From Myxococcales bacterium (GTDB lineage Bacteria; Myxococcota_A; Polyangia; Polyangiales; DASUME01), in NCBI GenBank assembly GCA_047601445.1, contig JASGJH010000001.1, positions 192,001 to 256,000 on the forward strand: 64,000 nucleotides of DNA. The letters run 5' to 3'. Position 1 is the first letter of the stretch; the number at the start of each line of letters is the position of its first letter. A model generated the notes under the pieces. That model was not told where the DNA came from and did not search any database. It saw only the letters and a program-made list of their open reading frames with translations. The translations under genes and the position numbers were made by a program. This document shows, piece by piece, positions 1 through 17,603 of this stretch.

Positions 1-2
1 TG

Positions 3-275
3 GTCAATGCCGAGGTGCCCAACGTGCGACGCGTGGCGGATCAGGACTTCCCCTTCAAGCCGGGCGTCGACGTGACGGACGTGCGGCAGGTGAAGGGCCT
101 GGAGTTCGACTACGTGGTGCTGGTGGAAGTCAGTGGGGCCACGTTCCCAGCTCAGGACGAGACACGACACTTGCTGCACATCGCGGCCACGCGCGCGGCC
201 CATCAGCTGTGGCTCTCTTGCACGGGCGAGCCCTCGCCGCTCATCCCAGCCCTCCTGCGCGAGCGCGGCTACTGA
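3..275 (+). CDS. C-terminal fragment of a UvrD/HelD-like superfamily 1 helicase (5' end outside window)
   Basis: VKGLEFDYVVL and LLHIAATRA match SF1 helicase motifs V/VI (UvrD C-terminal domain); the frame is open to the window edge. Confidence 0.8.
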   Translation, partial: VNAEVPNVRRVADQDFPFKPGVDVTDVRQVKGLEFDYVVLVEVSGATFPAQDETRHLLHIAATRAAHQLWLSCTGEPSPLIPALLRERGY

Positions 276-276
276 C

Positions 277-1251
277 GTGACGCTGCGCGCGCTGTTCGAG
301 AGCGCCCGCGCGCGCCGCCTGGCCCTGGGGTTACCCAGCGCCGAGACCAACGCTTACCGCTTGTTTCACGGCGCAGCGGAGGGGCTCGAGGGCCTCACGG
401 TGGATGTCTACGGGGAGTTCTTGGTGGCGAGCCTGTACACCGAGCAGCGTGGCGCTCGTGAGGAGGAGTGGCTCGATGCGCTCCACGAGCTCGGCTTCCG
501 TGGGGTGTACCTGAAGCACCGTCCCAAGCAGGCGAACGAGCTGCGAGATGACGAGCGACGTGTGCGCGCTCCCGAGCAGGCCGTGCGTGGGGAAGATGCG
601 CCGGTGAGCTTCGAGATCCGTGAGTCGTCGCTGCCTTTTCAGGTGCGATTGGGGGACGGACTCAGCACGGGCATCTTCCTCGACCAGCGCGACAACCGCG
701 CACACCTCGGGCAGATCGCGCGCGGGAAGCGTGTCCTGAACTTGTTCGCGTACACCTGTGGGTTCGGCCTGGCCGCTGCGCTCGGGGGAGCCGCAGAGAC
801 CACCAACATCGACGTCGCGGTGCCCGTGCTGGAGCGCGGCAAGCTCAACTATCAGGCCGCCGGTCTGGACCTCGAGGGGCACCGTTTTCTCGCGCGCGAC
901 GTGCTCGACAGCTTGCCCAGGCTGGCGCGCCGTGGGGAGCGCTTCGAAATCGTGGCACTCGATCCGCCGAGCTACGCCTCCGTGAAGGGCAAGGGCCGTT
1001 TCAATGTGGAGCAGGACTACACGGAGCTCGCGCGCCTGGCCTTGTCCGTACTTAGTCCGGGTGGAACGCTGCTCGCTTGTACCAATCACGCACGGCTCAC
1101 CGAAAAAGACCTGGAAGTTTGCCTGCGGAGCGCCGCACGCGCGCTTGGACGAAGCCTGAACGCCGTGAGATTTGTGGCCCCGCCTGCGGATTTTCCAGCG
1201 CCTCCTGGCCGCCCCGGGCATCTGAAAAGTGCCTTTGTCTCCTGTGCCTGA
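277..1251 (+). CDS. RlmI/RlmK-family class I SAM-dependent rRNA methyltransferase
   Basis: GLSTGIFLDQRDNR, VLNLFAYTCGF and LDPPSY motifs; likely GTG start at 277, immediately after the upstream stop. Confidence 0.85.
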   Translation: MTLRALFESARARRLALGLPSAETNAYRLFHGAAEGLEGLTVDVYGEFLVASLYTEQRGAREEEWLDALHELGFRGVYLKHRPKQANELRDDERRVRAPEQAVRGEDAPVSFEIRESSLPFQVRLGDGLSTGIFLDQRDNRAHLGQIARGKRVLNLFAYTCGFGLAAALGGAAETTNIDVAVPVLERGKLNYQAAGLDLEGHRFLARDVLDSLPRLARRGERFEIVALDPPSYASVKGKGRFNVEQDYTELARLALSVLSPGGTLLACTNHARLTEKDLEVCLRSAARALGRSLNAVRFVAPPADFPAPPGRPGHLKSAFVSCA

Positions 1252-4200
1252 AGCTTTTTCGATTGCAGCCCTTGTGCCGCCGAATAAAATCGCTAAGAAG
1301 GGTGCACGAGACCCCCTCTCGTTTGCCGTTTGGCCCACGTCTCCCGCCGATGGCGGAGTCCAGTCGGCCGCGCAAACCGCAGCTTGATGCCACAAGCTGG
1401 GTTCTCCAAAGCCAGCAAATCAGCAACATGGGGGCCGCCCTGCCACGGGGCCGCGAGTTTTGGGGCTCATCACAAAAGAGCCTCTGATTTCAGCAGTTCA
1501 CAAGCCGCGCTAGTCGCTTCATCTCGCGCGGTCGTCGTTTCCAGCGAAGGGGACAGGGCCCGGCCAGTGCCAGGGGGGCACAAGCCGGCTCAAAAAGACC
1601 ATGGCCGAAAGTCCACTGATCGACACCAAGAACGATCTGACCATCGCGCAGCACGTGGCGAAGCTGTCAGACCGTGCCATCCAACGAATCACCGGCGGCA
1701 ATGCGTTCTTGCGTGGGCGCCTCTACGCGCGTCGCAACGCGGTGGTAGACCTGCTCGCCAACGGCACGACCGCCAGCGCGAAGATCTTGGTGCGCACCGA
1801 CCAGCCTTACGAGACCCAGCTTGGGCTCACGAGCGAAGGGCAGATCATTTCGCACTGCTCGTGTCCTGCATGGCGCGGACCGACCGGGCACTGCAAGCAC
1901 GTGGCCGCGGTCCTGGTGGCCCTGCGAGATCGTGAGCGTCCTCCGCGGCCCAAGGGTGAAGACGCGCCGAAGCCCGAGGGGGCGGCCAGCGGCGCAGCCT
2001 CGAGGCCCACGCTGGCAGCTTCGAACGGACACAGCTCCTCGGGTGCACCGGCCTCGGGATTCGCCCCGCGCGAGAGCGGCATCAAGGCCCAATCCGCGGC
2101 AGCGCTCGACGCCAACGGTGCAGCTGGACCCGCAGGTAAGCGCCGGCGATCGCGCAGGCGGCGCCGGGGGGCGGGTGAGGGCGGTGAGCCGCAAGTGCAG
2201 GTCGTTGCCCCGGCTTCCCCGTCCATCGTCGTCACCTCACGCTCCGGCGAAGTGCGCGAAGTTCGCGAGGCTCGCGAGTCCCGCAGCGAGTCGCGCAGTG
2301 AATCCCGTGGCAGCCTCGATGCCTGGTTGCCCCCGCAGGTAAGCCGCCCGGCCGACCTGGAGTTCCGCTTGGCCGTGCGCCCGGCCTCCATCGCCGTCAC
2401 CACCGTTTTGGCGGGCACGCGCCAGGCCGTGGCCCTCAACGACGCATTGGCCTCCTTCAGCGGCATCGGCACCAACGTGCGCCCGCTGATCCGCGATCTG
2501 GCGCGTCACACCACGCGCGGCGCCCCGGCCACCGCCGAGGTGCGCAGCGAAGACGCGGCCGAGATCCTCACGCGCCTCAAGGGGCGTCGCGTCCTCCTGG
2601 AGCCGGCTTCCATGGAGCTGCGCTTCACCGAGGAGCCCCTGCGTCCCAAGATCGAACTCGATCTCGCCAACGGCGGCACCGTGCGCATCCGCGTGGTATT
2701 CGAGCTGCCCTCCACTGGGCGGCGTTTCCCGCTCTCGAGCGGCGCCTGGTTCGAGGGCACGCCGGGTTGGTACGTGGACACCACCGAGGGCGTGGCGCGT
2801 CCGGTGGCAGACAACGTGACGCCGGCCTGGCTGCAGCGGCTCTACCGCTCGCCTGCGCTGGTGCATCCGGTGGGTGATCTGCCGCACGTGCTCACGGACT
2901 TCCTGCCGCGCGTGGCGGCCTCGCTCGGCGCAGCGTTGCCCGAGCTCGAGTCGGTGGCCGACGTGGTCGACGTGGCCCCCAAGTTCGCGCTGCGCGCTGG
3001 CGGTGACCTGGTCGAGGCGCGCGCGCGCATCCAGGTGAAGTACCGCGACTACGGCTTCGATGTGCCGCCGCGCGATCTGCCGCCTCCGCTGTCCTTCGTC
3101 GATGGCGCCGGTACGGGTCGCGGCGACGCGGGGCGCCCGCGTGTCGTGCGGCGCGAGGTTGGCCTCGAAATGACGGCCATCCAGGACCTGTTGAACCTCG
3201 GCTTCGAGCCCGACGGCACCGAGCTGGTGGTGCGCGGCGACAAGGCCATCAACTTCTGGACCACCGGTATTTCCACGCTGCCCGAGGAATGGGATCGCTT
3301 CATTCCGAACGACCTCGCCGGCGTGCAGGTGCGCAAGACGGCCGTCAGCGCGCGCATGCGCGTATCGAGCGGGGTCGAGTGGCTCAACCTCGACATGATG
3401 TTCGGCGCCGAGGGCGTGGCCGTGAGCCAGGAAGAGCTGCGCATGTGCCTCGAGCAGGGCAAGAAGCTCGTGCGCCTCGAAGACGGCACCTACGCGCCCG
3501 TGAAGGCCGAAGACGTGGGCCAGGTGCTCGAGCGTATGGCCGAGATCTTTGCCGGCGTCGGCGAGGACAAGCGCGTGCCGCTCTCGCAGGCGGGTCGCGT
3601 GCAAGAGCTGATGCGCATCGTGTCCGACCAGAACGTGCAGAGCACGGCCAAGAGCCTGTTCGGCAAGCTCGAGGACCTCGGTCAGGTCGAGAGCATCGCC
3701 AAGCCGCGCACGCTGCGGGCCACGTTGCGCCCGTACCAGAAGGACGGCTTCTCCTGGCTGGTGTTCCTGCACAACCTGGGCACCGGCGGCATCCTGGCTG
3801 ACGACATGGGTCTCGGTAAGACCCTGCAGGCCATCTCGTTGCTGCTGTGGGCCAAGGGCAAAGAAGACCGCAAGCTGACCCTGGTCGTGGCGCCCACCTC
3901 GGTGGTGCCCAACTGGCAGCGTGAAATCGAGAAGTTCGCGCCGAGCTTCAAGGCCGTGCTCTGGCAGGGCCCCGACCGCCAGGAGAAGGCGGCCGAGCTC
4001 GAGGACGCCGACGTGATGATCACGAGCTACGCGCTCTTGCGGCGCGACGAGGAGTTCCTGCAGACGCTGGACTTCCGCTACGTGATCCTCGACGAAGCGC
4101 AGCACATCAAGAACCCCTTGAGCGCCACCGCGCGCGCGGCCAAGCGCCTCAAGAGCGACCGCAAGCTCGCCATGACGGGTACGCCCATCGAGAACCGCCT

Positions 4201-5063
4201 GAGCGAGATCTGGTCGATCTTCGACTTCGTGTCGCCGGGCCTCTTGAGCAGCCTGAACAACTTCGAAGAGAAGTACGCGCGTCCCATCGAGCGCGGCGAC
4301 AAGGAATCGGCCCAGCGCTTGCGCGCGACCATCCATCCCTTCGTGCTGCGCCGCACCAAGGCCGAAGTGGCCCAGGACCTGCCCGAGAAGATCGTGCAGG
4401 AGATGGTGGTGCCGATGGCCGAGGAGCAGCAGAAGCTCTACAAGCAGATCCTGCGTCAGGTGCGCGAGAGCGTGCTCAGCGAGGTGGAGAAGCAGGGCAT
4501 CCAGAAGGCCTCCATCCAGATCCTCGCGGCGCTCACGCGCTTGCGCCAGGTGGCCTGCGACCCGCGTTTGCTCGGGCTCGAGGGCAACTTCGAGGAGGAG
4601 AGCGGCAAGCTCAACGCGCTCAAGGAGATCGTCAGCGAGGCCGCCGCCGGTGGTCACCGCGTGCTGATCTTCAGCCAGTTCGTGTCGATGCTGAAGCTGA
4701 TCCGCGAGGCGCTGGACGCCGAGAAGATCAACTACACCTACCTCGACGGCTCCACCAAGGATCGTCAGTCCCTGGTCGACAAGTTCAACACGGACGAGTC
4801 GCTCACGGTGTTCTTGATCTCGCTCAAGGCGGGTGGCACCGGCCTCAACCTCACGGGCGCCGACACGGTGATCCACTTCGACCCCTGGTGGAACCCGGCG
4901 GTCGAGGACCAGGCCACGGATCGCGCGCACCGCATCGGTCAGAGCAAGGTCGTCACGGTGTATCGCCTGGTCGCGCGCGACTCGGTGGAGGAGAAGATCC
5001 TCCAGCTCAGCGAGAAGAAGCGCGAGCTGGTCGCCAACGTGCTCGCCACGGAGGACGCGGGCC

Positions 5064-12239
<7,176 letters not shown>

Positions 12240-12354
12240 GCGGCCTCTCGGGCTGAGGAGCGGGCTTGCTCGTGCGCAACCTTCGTGATGCGGCGCGCGA
12301 GCGTGGTGCGCTGTGCCCCTTAGCTATGCGCGTGTCGCTGCTCAGCAACGCTCG

Positions 12355-12390
12355 GGTCGAAGCGCGCCCTCGGACGTGCGAGCGGAAGAG
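12355..12390. repeat. Single dispersed copy of the palindromic repeat arrayed at 45319-45430
   Basis: ggtcgaagcgcgccctcgg (19 nt) is identical to 45319-45337, followed by gcgagcgga in register. Confidence 0.7.
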
Positions 12391-12429
12391 CACGGCGAGC
12401 AAGGCTCAATGAGCGTGGCTCTCGATCGA

Positions 12430-12813
12430 CTATGTTCGCTTGCGTGGCGGCTCGAGCCCGGCCTCGCGCCGAAACTCGCGGCACTGCCATGAGCCGCGCT
12501 CGAACTCTCGACACGTGGTCCCGCGATCTTCGTACACGCGGCATGCGTGAGGAGACTCGGCCGTACCCAGGTGAACGCAGGCGCCCTCGGCGGTGTACGC
12601 GAACGCGAGCTCGCCGAAATGACCGGGTACGAGCGCCTCGACGAGGTCGTCTCTCCCCGCGCGCTTCCAACGCACGATATCTTCGGCGGGAACCAGGATG
12701 CGACCATCGCTGGCCTGTCGGCAGCAAACGCCGCACGCAAGGCAATCGGGTACGTCCCTCGTGTCGTGTTCGCCCTCGTGCTGGCGGTGCTCGCTGTCGT
12801 CGCGGACTTCCAC
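12430..12813 (-). CDS. YkgJ-family (CxxCxxCC) putative Fe-S/zinc cysteine cluster protein
   Basis: DCLACGVCC...GACVHL...CRVYEDRGTTCREF pattern. Confidence 0.8.
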   Translation of the reverse strand: MEVRDDSEHRQHEGEHDTRDVPDCLACGVCCRQASDGRILVPAEDIVRWKRAGRDDLVEALVPGHFGELAFAYTAEGACVHLGTAESPHACRVYEDRGTTCREFERGSWQCREFRREAGLEPPRKRT

Positions 12814-12852
12814 GTCGCTGGCAGCCTGACCCAGCCTGCGTGGGTGGTCGAG

Positions 12853-12904
12853 TTCGCCGCTCCGCTCAGGGTGACAAATTCGCCGCTCCGCTCAGGGTGA
12901 CGAA
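12853..12904. repeat. 26-bp tandem duplication (ttcgccgctccgctcagggtgacRaa x2)
   Basis: Directly visible at 12853-12878 and 12879-12904, one mismatch. Confidence 0.9.
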
Positions 12905-13177
12905 TTGGACGATGCGGGATGACGCGGCCGGGGCAGGGCGTACTTGCCGGGGGGCTCCCTCCGTGACAAATGCGCCCCGCACGTGGCTGCCTGGGGACGG
13001 GCACGGAGCGCTCGGCCCCCGCCTGGAATGGTCTGTTTTCTGTGTTATTCTGTGGCCTTGGATAGCAAGGTCCCCGCCCCTCCGGGCCCGTTGCCTGGCC
13101 CGTCCGAGGTGGCTGAAGCGATGCCACGGGTGCTACGTCAAGGGAACTCCCGAAATGGGAAACGGAGAAGCTGATAC

Positions 13178-13444
13178 ATGAGCGAAGCGCTTCATGGACC
13201 TCTCAAGCGCCTCATTGTCGATGCGCTCATGCTCGAGGACATCGAGCCAGGGGAGATCGAAGACGACGCGCCCTTATTTGGCACGGGACTGGGCCTCGAC
13301 TCGATCGACGCTCTCGAGCTGGTGATCGCCATCGATCGCAAGTTCGGGGTGAAGATCGAGGCGGAGGACGAGCGTAACAAAGAGATTTTTCGCAGCGTGA
13401 CGAGCCTGGCCAGGCACATCGCTGAGAACCAACCTCGCGGGTAA
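13178..13444 (+). CDS. Acyl carrier protein 1 (ApeE-like)
   Basis: GLGLDSIDALEL phosphopantetheine attachment motif; 88 aa, acidic. Confidence 0.92.
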   Translation: MSEALHGPLKRLIVDALMLEDIEPGEIEDDAPLFGTGLGLDSIDALELVIAIDRKFGVKIEAEDERNKEIFRSVTSLARHIAENQPRG

Positions 13445-13450
13445 AGATCG

Positions 13451-13708
13451 ATGAACAAAGAGGAGATTTACGCGCGCATTCGGCACACGCTGGAATCGAA
13501 TTTCGAGATTCCTGCCGAACGCATCACGCCCGAAGCCCGTCTGCAGGAGGACCTGGAGCTCGACAGCATCGACGCCATCGACATGGCCGTGCAGATCCAG
13601 GAGATGACGAACGTGCGGGTCGACGAGGAGGAGCTCAAGACGCTCCGCACCGTGAACGACACGGTGGAACTCGTGGTCGCGTTGCTGGCGCGGCAAGCCA
13701 ACAACTGA
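13451..13708 (+). CDS. Acyl carrier protein 2 (ApeF-like)
   Basis: DLELDSIDAIDM motif; 85 aa; tandem ACP pair typical of aryl polyene clusters. Confidence 0.92.
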   Translation: MNKEEIYARIRHTLESNFEIPAERITPEARLQEDLELDSIDAIDMAVQIQEMTNVRVDEEELKTLRTVNDTVELVVALLARQANN

Positions 13709-13738
13709 GAGCCCGTGCGGTTGGGCGGCCCATAGACC

Positions 13739-14368
13739 ATGCGCAAGCTGCTCGCGGTGTTGAACGTCGCGCTCGTGGTCGGGTATCCGCTCGCCGTGTA
13801 CTTCGGGCTCACCCGCTTCGGCGCGCGCGGTGTGTCGCTGCTGTTGCTGGCGCTGCTCTTGCCCGGCCTGCTGCAGAAGTTCGCGCGGGCTTCGCGTGAG
13901 GACCTGCGAACGGTGCTGGGCTTGCCGCTGAGCGTGTTCTGCTTGGTCGGCGCATCGGCGCTGCTCGACGATCCGCGCCTCGTGCTCGCGTTGCCGGTGC
14001 TGATCAACGTGGCCCTGCTGATCCAGTTCGGCCTCTCGCTGCGCGGCACCCCGATGGTGGAGCGCTTCGCGCGCATGCAGGACCCCAACCTCGGGCCGGC
14101 GCAGGTCGTTTACTGCCGTACGGTCACGCTCGTGTGGTGCGGCTTCTTCGTGCTCAATGCGCTGGTCAGCGGGTACCTTGCGCTGTTCGCCGAGCTCGCC
14201 AGCTGGGCGCTCTACACCGGGCTCATCGCCTATGTGCTGATGGGCGTGCTGGGCGCTTGCGAATACCTGGTGCGCAAGGCGCGCTTTCGCGAGTACGGAC
14301 CGGGCCTGCACGATCGCGTGATCGCCCGCATCTTCCCGCCGCCGGGTGCCGGCGAGGTGACGCGATGA
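13739..14368 (+). CDS. Predicted membrane protein (ApeG/COG4648-like)
   Basis: Multiple hydrophobic helices; PMVERFAR, YCRTVTLVW and WALYTGLIAYVLMG segments; position after the tandem ACPs. Confidence 0.8.
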   Translation: MRKLLAVLNVALVVGYPLAVYFGLTRFGARGVSLLLLALLLPGLLQKFARASREDLRTVLGLPLSVFCLVGASALLDDPRLVLALPVLINVALLIQFGLSLRGTPMVERFARMQDPNLGPAQVVYCRTVTLVWCGFFVLNALVSGYLALFAELASWALYTGLIAYVLMGVLGACEYLVRKARFREYGPGLHDRVIARIFPPPGAGEVTR

Positions 14369-16074
14369 GGTTGCCGCTCGCGCATCATGGAGCGCAGGAC
14401 GAGGTCTGCTTCGGCGGTGAGGGCGCGCGCACCTGCGCGCAGCTCCTGGCCTACGTCGACGCCCTTGCAGCGCGCTTGCCAGGCACGGTTTCGCAAGCCG
14501 GTGCGCGCGTGGTGCTCGCCTGCGAGGACCGCTATTTTTTCACGGCTGCCTTGCTCGCGGTGTGGCAGCGCGGGCTGACCGCCGCGTTGCCACCGAATGG
14601 ACAGGTGGAGACGGTTCGTGATCTACGCGCCATGCCAGGGGTGGTCGGGCTCCTGCACGATCGCGATGAAGACGAAGGACTCGACGTGCGCGGTCTCGAG
14701 CCCGACGCGGGTGATGTTGCGACGCTACGCCCCTACGCCGCTGGGCTCGCCGCACAGGACCCGGCGCTCGTGGTCTACACCTCGGGCAGCACGGGCCAAC
14801 CGACGCCGCACCTCAAGTCCCTGGCGCAGCTCCTGGCCGAACCTGCGATGTGGGTCGAGCACTTTGCGCTGGCTCGGCGTCGCGTGGTGAGCGCCGTGCC
14901 TGCACACCATATCTACGGGCTCTTGTTCGGTGTGCTCGCGCCGCTGCTCGGGGGCGGTGCCTTCTCGCGGCGCACGCCGGTGATGCCGGGCGAGGTGCTG
15001 CGTGAGCTTGGCGAAGCCAGGGCCCAGGTCCTGGTTGCGGTACCACCCCATTTGCGCGCGCTTTCGGCGTTCGAATGGCCCGCCCTCGAGCGCGTGTTCT
15101 CTTCGGCTGCGCCGCTGCCTGAAGCGACCGACGCGGCCCTGCTGGCCCGCGGCATCCGCGCGACCCAGGTGCTCGGATCCACCGAGACGGGCGGCATCGG
15201 CGTGCGCACGAGCTGCGCCGAGCTGTGGCGGGCGCTGCCAGGCGTGCAGCTCGAGGTCGATGACGGTGGAGCCCTGCACGTGCGCTCGCCCTGGGCCAGC
15301 GCCGAGGGCAAGACCGTGCCCACGGCGGATCGGGTCGAGCTGCGAGAGGCAGGCTTCGCGCACCTGGGGCGTACGGACAGCGTGGTAAAGGTGGGTGGGA
15401 AGCGCGTAGATTTGCGAGAAGTAGAGCTGCGGCTGTGCGCCATTCCCGGCGTGACGGACGCGCGGGTGCTGGAGGCAGGGACGCCGTCGCCGCGTGGGTC
15501 CGAGCTTTGGGCCGTGGTGGAGTGCGAGCGACCCGAGCAGCACTCGGCGCAGGGCATCAAGCAAACGCTGGGAGCGCACCTGGACTCGGTGGTCGTGCCG
15601 CGGAGGTTTCGGCTGGTGTCGGCGCTGCCGCGCGGCGCCTCGGGGAAGGTTACGCGGGCCGACTTGCTGGCTTTGTTCGAGACCTGGCACATCCCGGTGG
15701 AGGAGCTGCCCGAGGGCCGCTACCGCGCGCCCATCACGGCGGAATTGGGCTGGTTTCGCGGGCATTTCACCGGCCAGCCCATCCTCGCGGGCGTGGTGCA
15801 GATCCAGCGCATCGCCCTCAAGCAAGCCCGCAAGCGTTGGCCGGACCTCGGCGCCGTGGAGCGCGTGACCCGCGTGAAGTTCAAGCACCTGGTGAAGCCG
15901 GGCGAGGTGCTGATCCTGAGCCTTGCGCGCAAGGGCCACGGCCAGGTGACCTTTCAACTGACCACGGAGGCGAGCGCCACGAGCGCGGAGCAGCCGGTGT
16001 CCTCGGGTGTGCTTCACTTTCGCGATCCCTCGCAGCAGAGTACGGATGCGCCCGAAACGAGGAGTGTCCCATGA
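14365..16074 (+). CDS. AMP-dependent acyl-ACP synthetase fused to C-terminal hotdog dehydratase (ApeH-ApeI-like)
   Basis: YTSGSTGQP, HHIYGLLF and LGSTETGG adenylation motifs; C-terminal WFRGHFTGQPILAGVVQ; ATGA overlap with the upstream gene. Confidence 0.85.
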   Translation: MRLPLAHHGAQDEVCFGGEGARTCAQLLAYVDALAARLPGTVSQAGARVVLACEDRYFFTAALLAVWQRGLTAALPPNGQVETVRDLRAMPGVVGLLHDRDEDEGLDVRGLEPDAGDVATLRPYAAGLAAQDPALVVYTSGSTGQPTPHLKSLAQLLAEPAMWVEHFALARRRVVSAVPAHHIYGLLFGVLAPLLGGGAFSRRTPVMPGEVLRELGEARAQVLVAVPPHLRALSAFEWPALERVFSSAAPLPEATDAALLARGIRATQVLGSTETGGIGVRTSCAELWRALPGVQLEVDDGGALHVRSPWASAEGKTVPTADRVELREAGFAHLGRTDSVVKVGGKRVDLREVELRLCAIPGVTDARVLEAGTPSPRGSELWAVVECERPEQHSAQGIKQTLGAHLDSVVVPRRFRLVSALPRGASGKVTRADLLALFETWHIPVEELPEGRYRAPITAELGWFRGHFTGQPILAGVVQIQRIALKQARKRWPDLGAVERVTRVKFKHLVKPGEVLILSLARKGHGQVTFQLTTEASATSAEQPVSSGVLHFRDPSQQSTDAPETRSVP

Positions 16075-17603
16075 GTGAACGGGGAGAGCTGTGCCTGGGT
16101 GAGGAGCCGCTGCGAATCGAGCACGTGGCTCGGGCGGCTCAGGGCACGCTGCACGTGCACGTGTCGAAGCGCGGTGAGTTTCGGCACCGCATCGAGAAGG
16201 GCGCGCGCATCATCGAGCAGCGGCTCGAGCGTGGCGTGCCGACCTACGGCGTGAACACCGGCTTCGGGGCTTCGGTGAAGAACGCGGTGCCGGGCGCCCA
16301 GGCCTGGCTGCTGTCGCGCAACCTACCGCGCTATCACGGTTGCGGGGTGGGCCCGCTGTACAGCGAAGAGCAGTCGCGGGCCATCGTGTTGGTGCGCCTG
16401 GCCTCGCTGTGCGCAGGGTACTCGGGCGTGCGTCATCTGGTGCTCGAGCGGCTCGAGAAGCTGCTTCAGGCCTCGGTGGTGCCCGCCATTCCTTCGCGCG
16501 GCTCGGTCGGCGCGAGCGGGGACCTTACGCCGCTCTCCTACGTGGCCGCGCTGCTCACCGGCGAGCGCGACGCGTGGTATGAAGGGCAGGTCATCCCGGC
16601 CAGCGTGGCGCTCCAGAAGCTCGGCCTTGCGCCCATCGAGCTCGGTCCGAAGGAGAGCCTGGCCATCATGAATGGGACGTCCGTGATGGGCGCCCTGACC
16701 TGCCTCGCCTTCGACCGCGCCCAGAAGCTGGCCCGCACGGCCTCGGCGCTCACGGCGATGGCGCTCGAGGCCATCGGCGGCCAGCGCGCGCACTTCGATG
16801 CCCGCCTGTTCAAGGCCAAGGCCCACCCGGGGCAGATCCGCTGCGCCAGCTGGATCCGCGAGATTCTGAACGAGGGTGAGGTGCCGAGGTCGCGCGAGGG
16901 GCGCATTCAGGAGCGCTACTCCATCCGCTGCGCTCCCCATGTGATTGGGGCCCTGGTGGACGCGCTCGAGTTCTCGCGCGGCGTGCTCGAGACCGAGATC
17001 AACGGCGCCAGCGATAATCCCCTGGTGGATCCGGATACGGGCGACGTGCTCCATGGCGGCAACTTCTACGGCGGCCACGTGGCCATGGTGGCCGACACCC
17101 TCAAGGTGCAGGTGGCCAATCTGGCCGATTTGATGGAGCGCCAGCTGGTGTTGCTGAACGACCCCGGGCACAACGGCGGACTGCCCGAGAACCTGATCGC
17201 CGTGCGCGGCGAGGAGGCGCGTTCGCACCACGGCTTCAAGGCCATGGAGATCACCGCCAGCGCGCTCACCGCCGAGGCGCTGAAGCTGAGCATGCCCGCC
17301 AGCGTGTTCAGTCGCAGCACCGAGAACCACAACCAGGACAAGGTGAGCATGGGCTCCATCTCCGCCTTCGACTTCGAGCGCGCGGTGGAGCTGGTGGAGA
17401 GCGTGGCCGCAGTACACGCTATCGCCTGCGCCCAGGGCGTGGAGCTGCGCGGCGTGCCGCAGGTGGCGCCGCGCGTGCAGGCCTTGCATGCGGCGGTGCG
17501 CTCCAAGGTGGAGCTCACGTTGGAAGACCGTCCCATGGACCGTGACATTGAAGCGGTCACCGAGATGGTGCGTCGTGGCGCCCTGTGGGGCGGAGAGACC
17601 TGA
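16071..17603 (+). CDS. MIO-dependent aromatic amino acid ammonia-lyase (HAL/PAL/TAL family)
   Basis: YGVNTGFG, GSVGASGDL (ASG MIO triad), QERYSIRCAP, HGGNF and HNQDKVSMG; ATG at 16071 overlaps the upstream stop. Confidence 0.93.
   Translation: MSERGELCLGEEPLRIEHVARAAQGTLHVHVSKRGEFRHRIEKGARIIEQRLERGVPTYGVNTGFGASVKNAVPGAQAWLLSRNLPRYHGCGVGPLYSEEQSRAIVLVRLASLCAGYSGVRHLVLERLEKLLQASVVPAIPSRGSVGASGDLTPLSYVAALLTGERDAWYEGQVIPASVALQKLGLAPIELGPKESLAIMNGTSVMGALTCLAFDRAQKLARTASALTAMALEAIGGQRAHFDARLFKAKAHPGQIRCASWIREILNEGEVPRSREGRIQERYSIRCAPHVIGALVDALEFSRGVLETEINGASDNPLVDPDTGDVLHGGNFYGGHVAMVADTLKVQVANLADLMERQLVLLNDPGHNGGLPENLIAVRGEEARSHHGFKAMEITASALTAEALKLSMPASVFSRSTENHNQDKVSMGSISAFDFERAVELVESVAAVHAIACAQGVELRGVPQVAPRVQALHAAVRSKVELTLEDRPMDRDIEAVTEMVRRGALWGGET

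Noticed and set aside
15435..16070. N-terminal extensions in track ORFs of the lyase, DUF3261 (19505) and ligase (14134)
   Set aside because: They overlap upstream genes out of frame; internal ATGs with ATGA coupling give family-sized proteins
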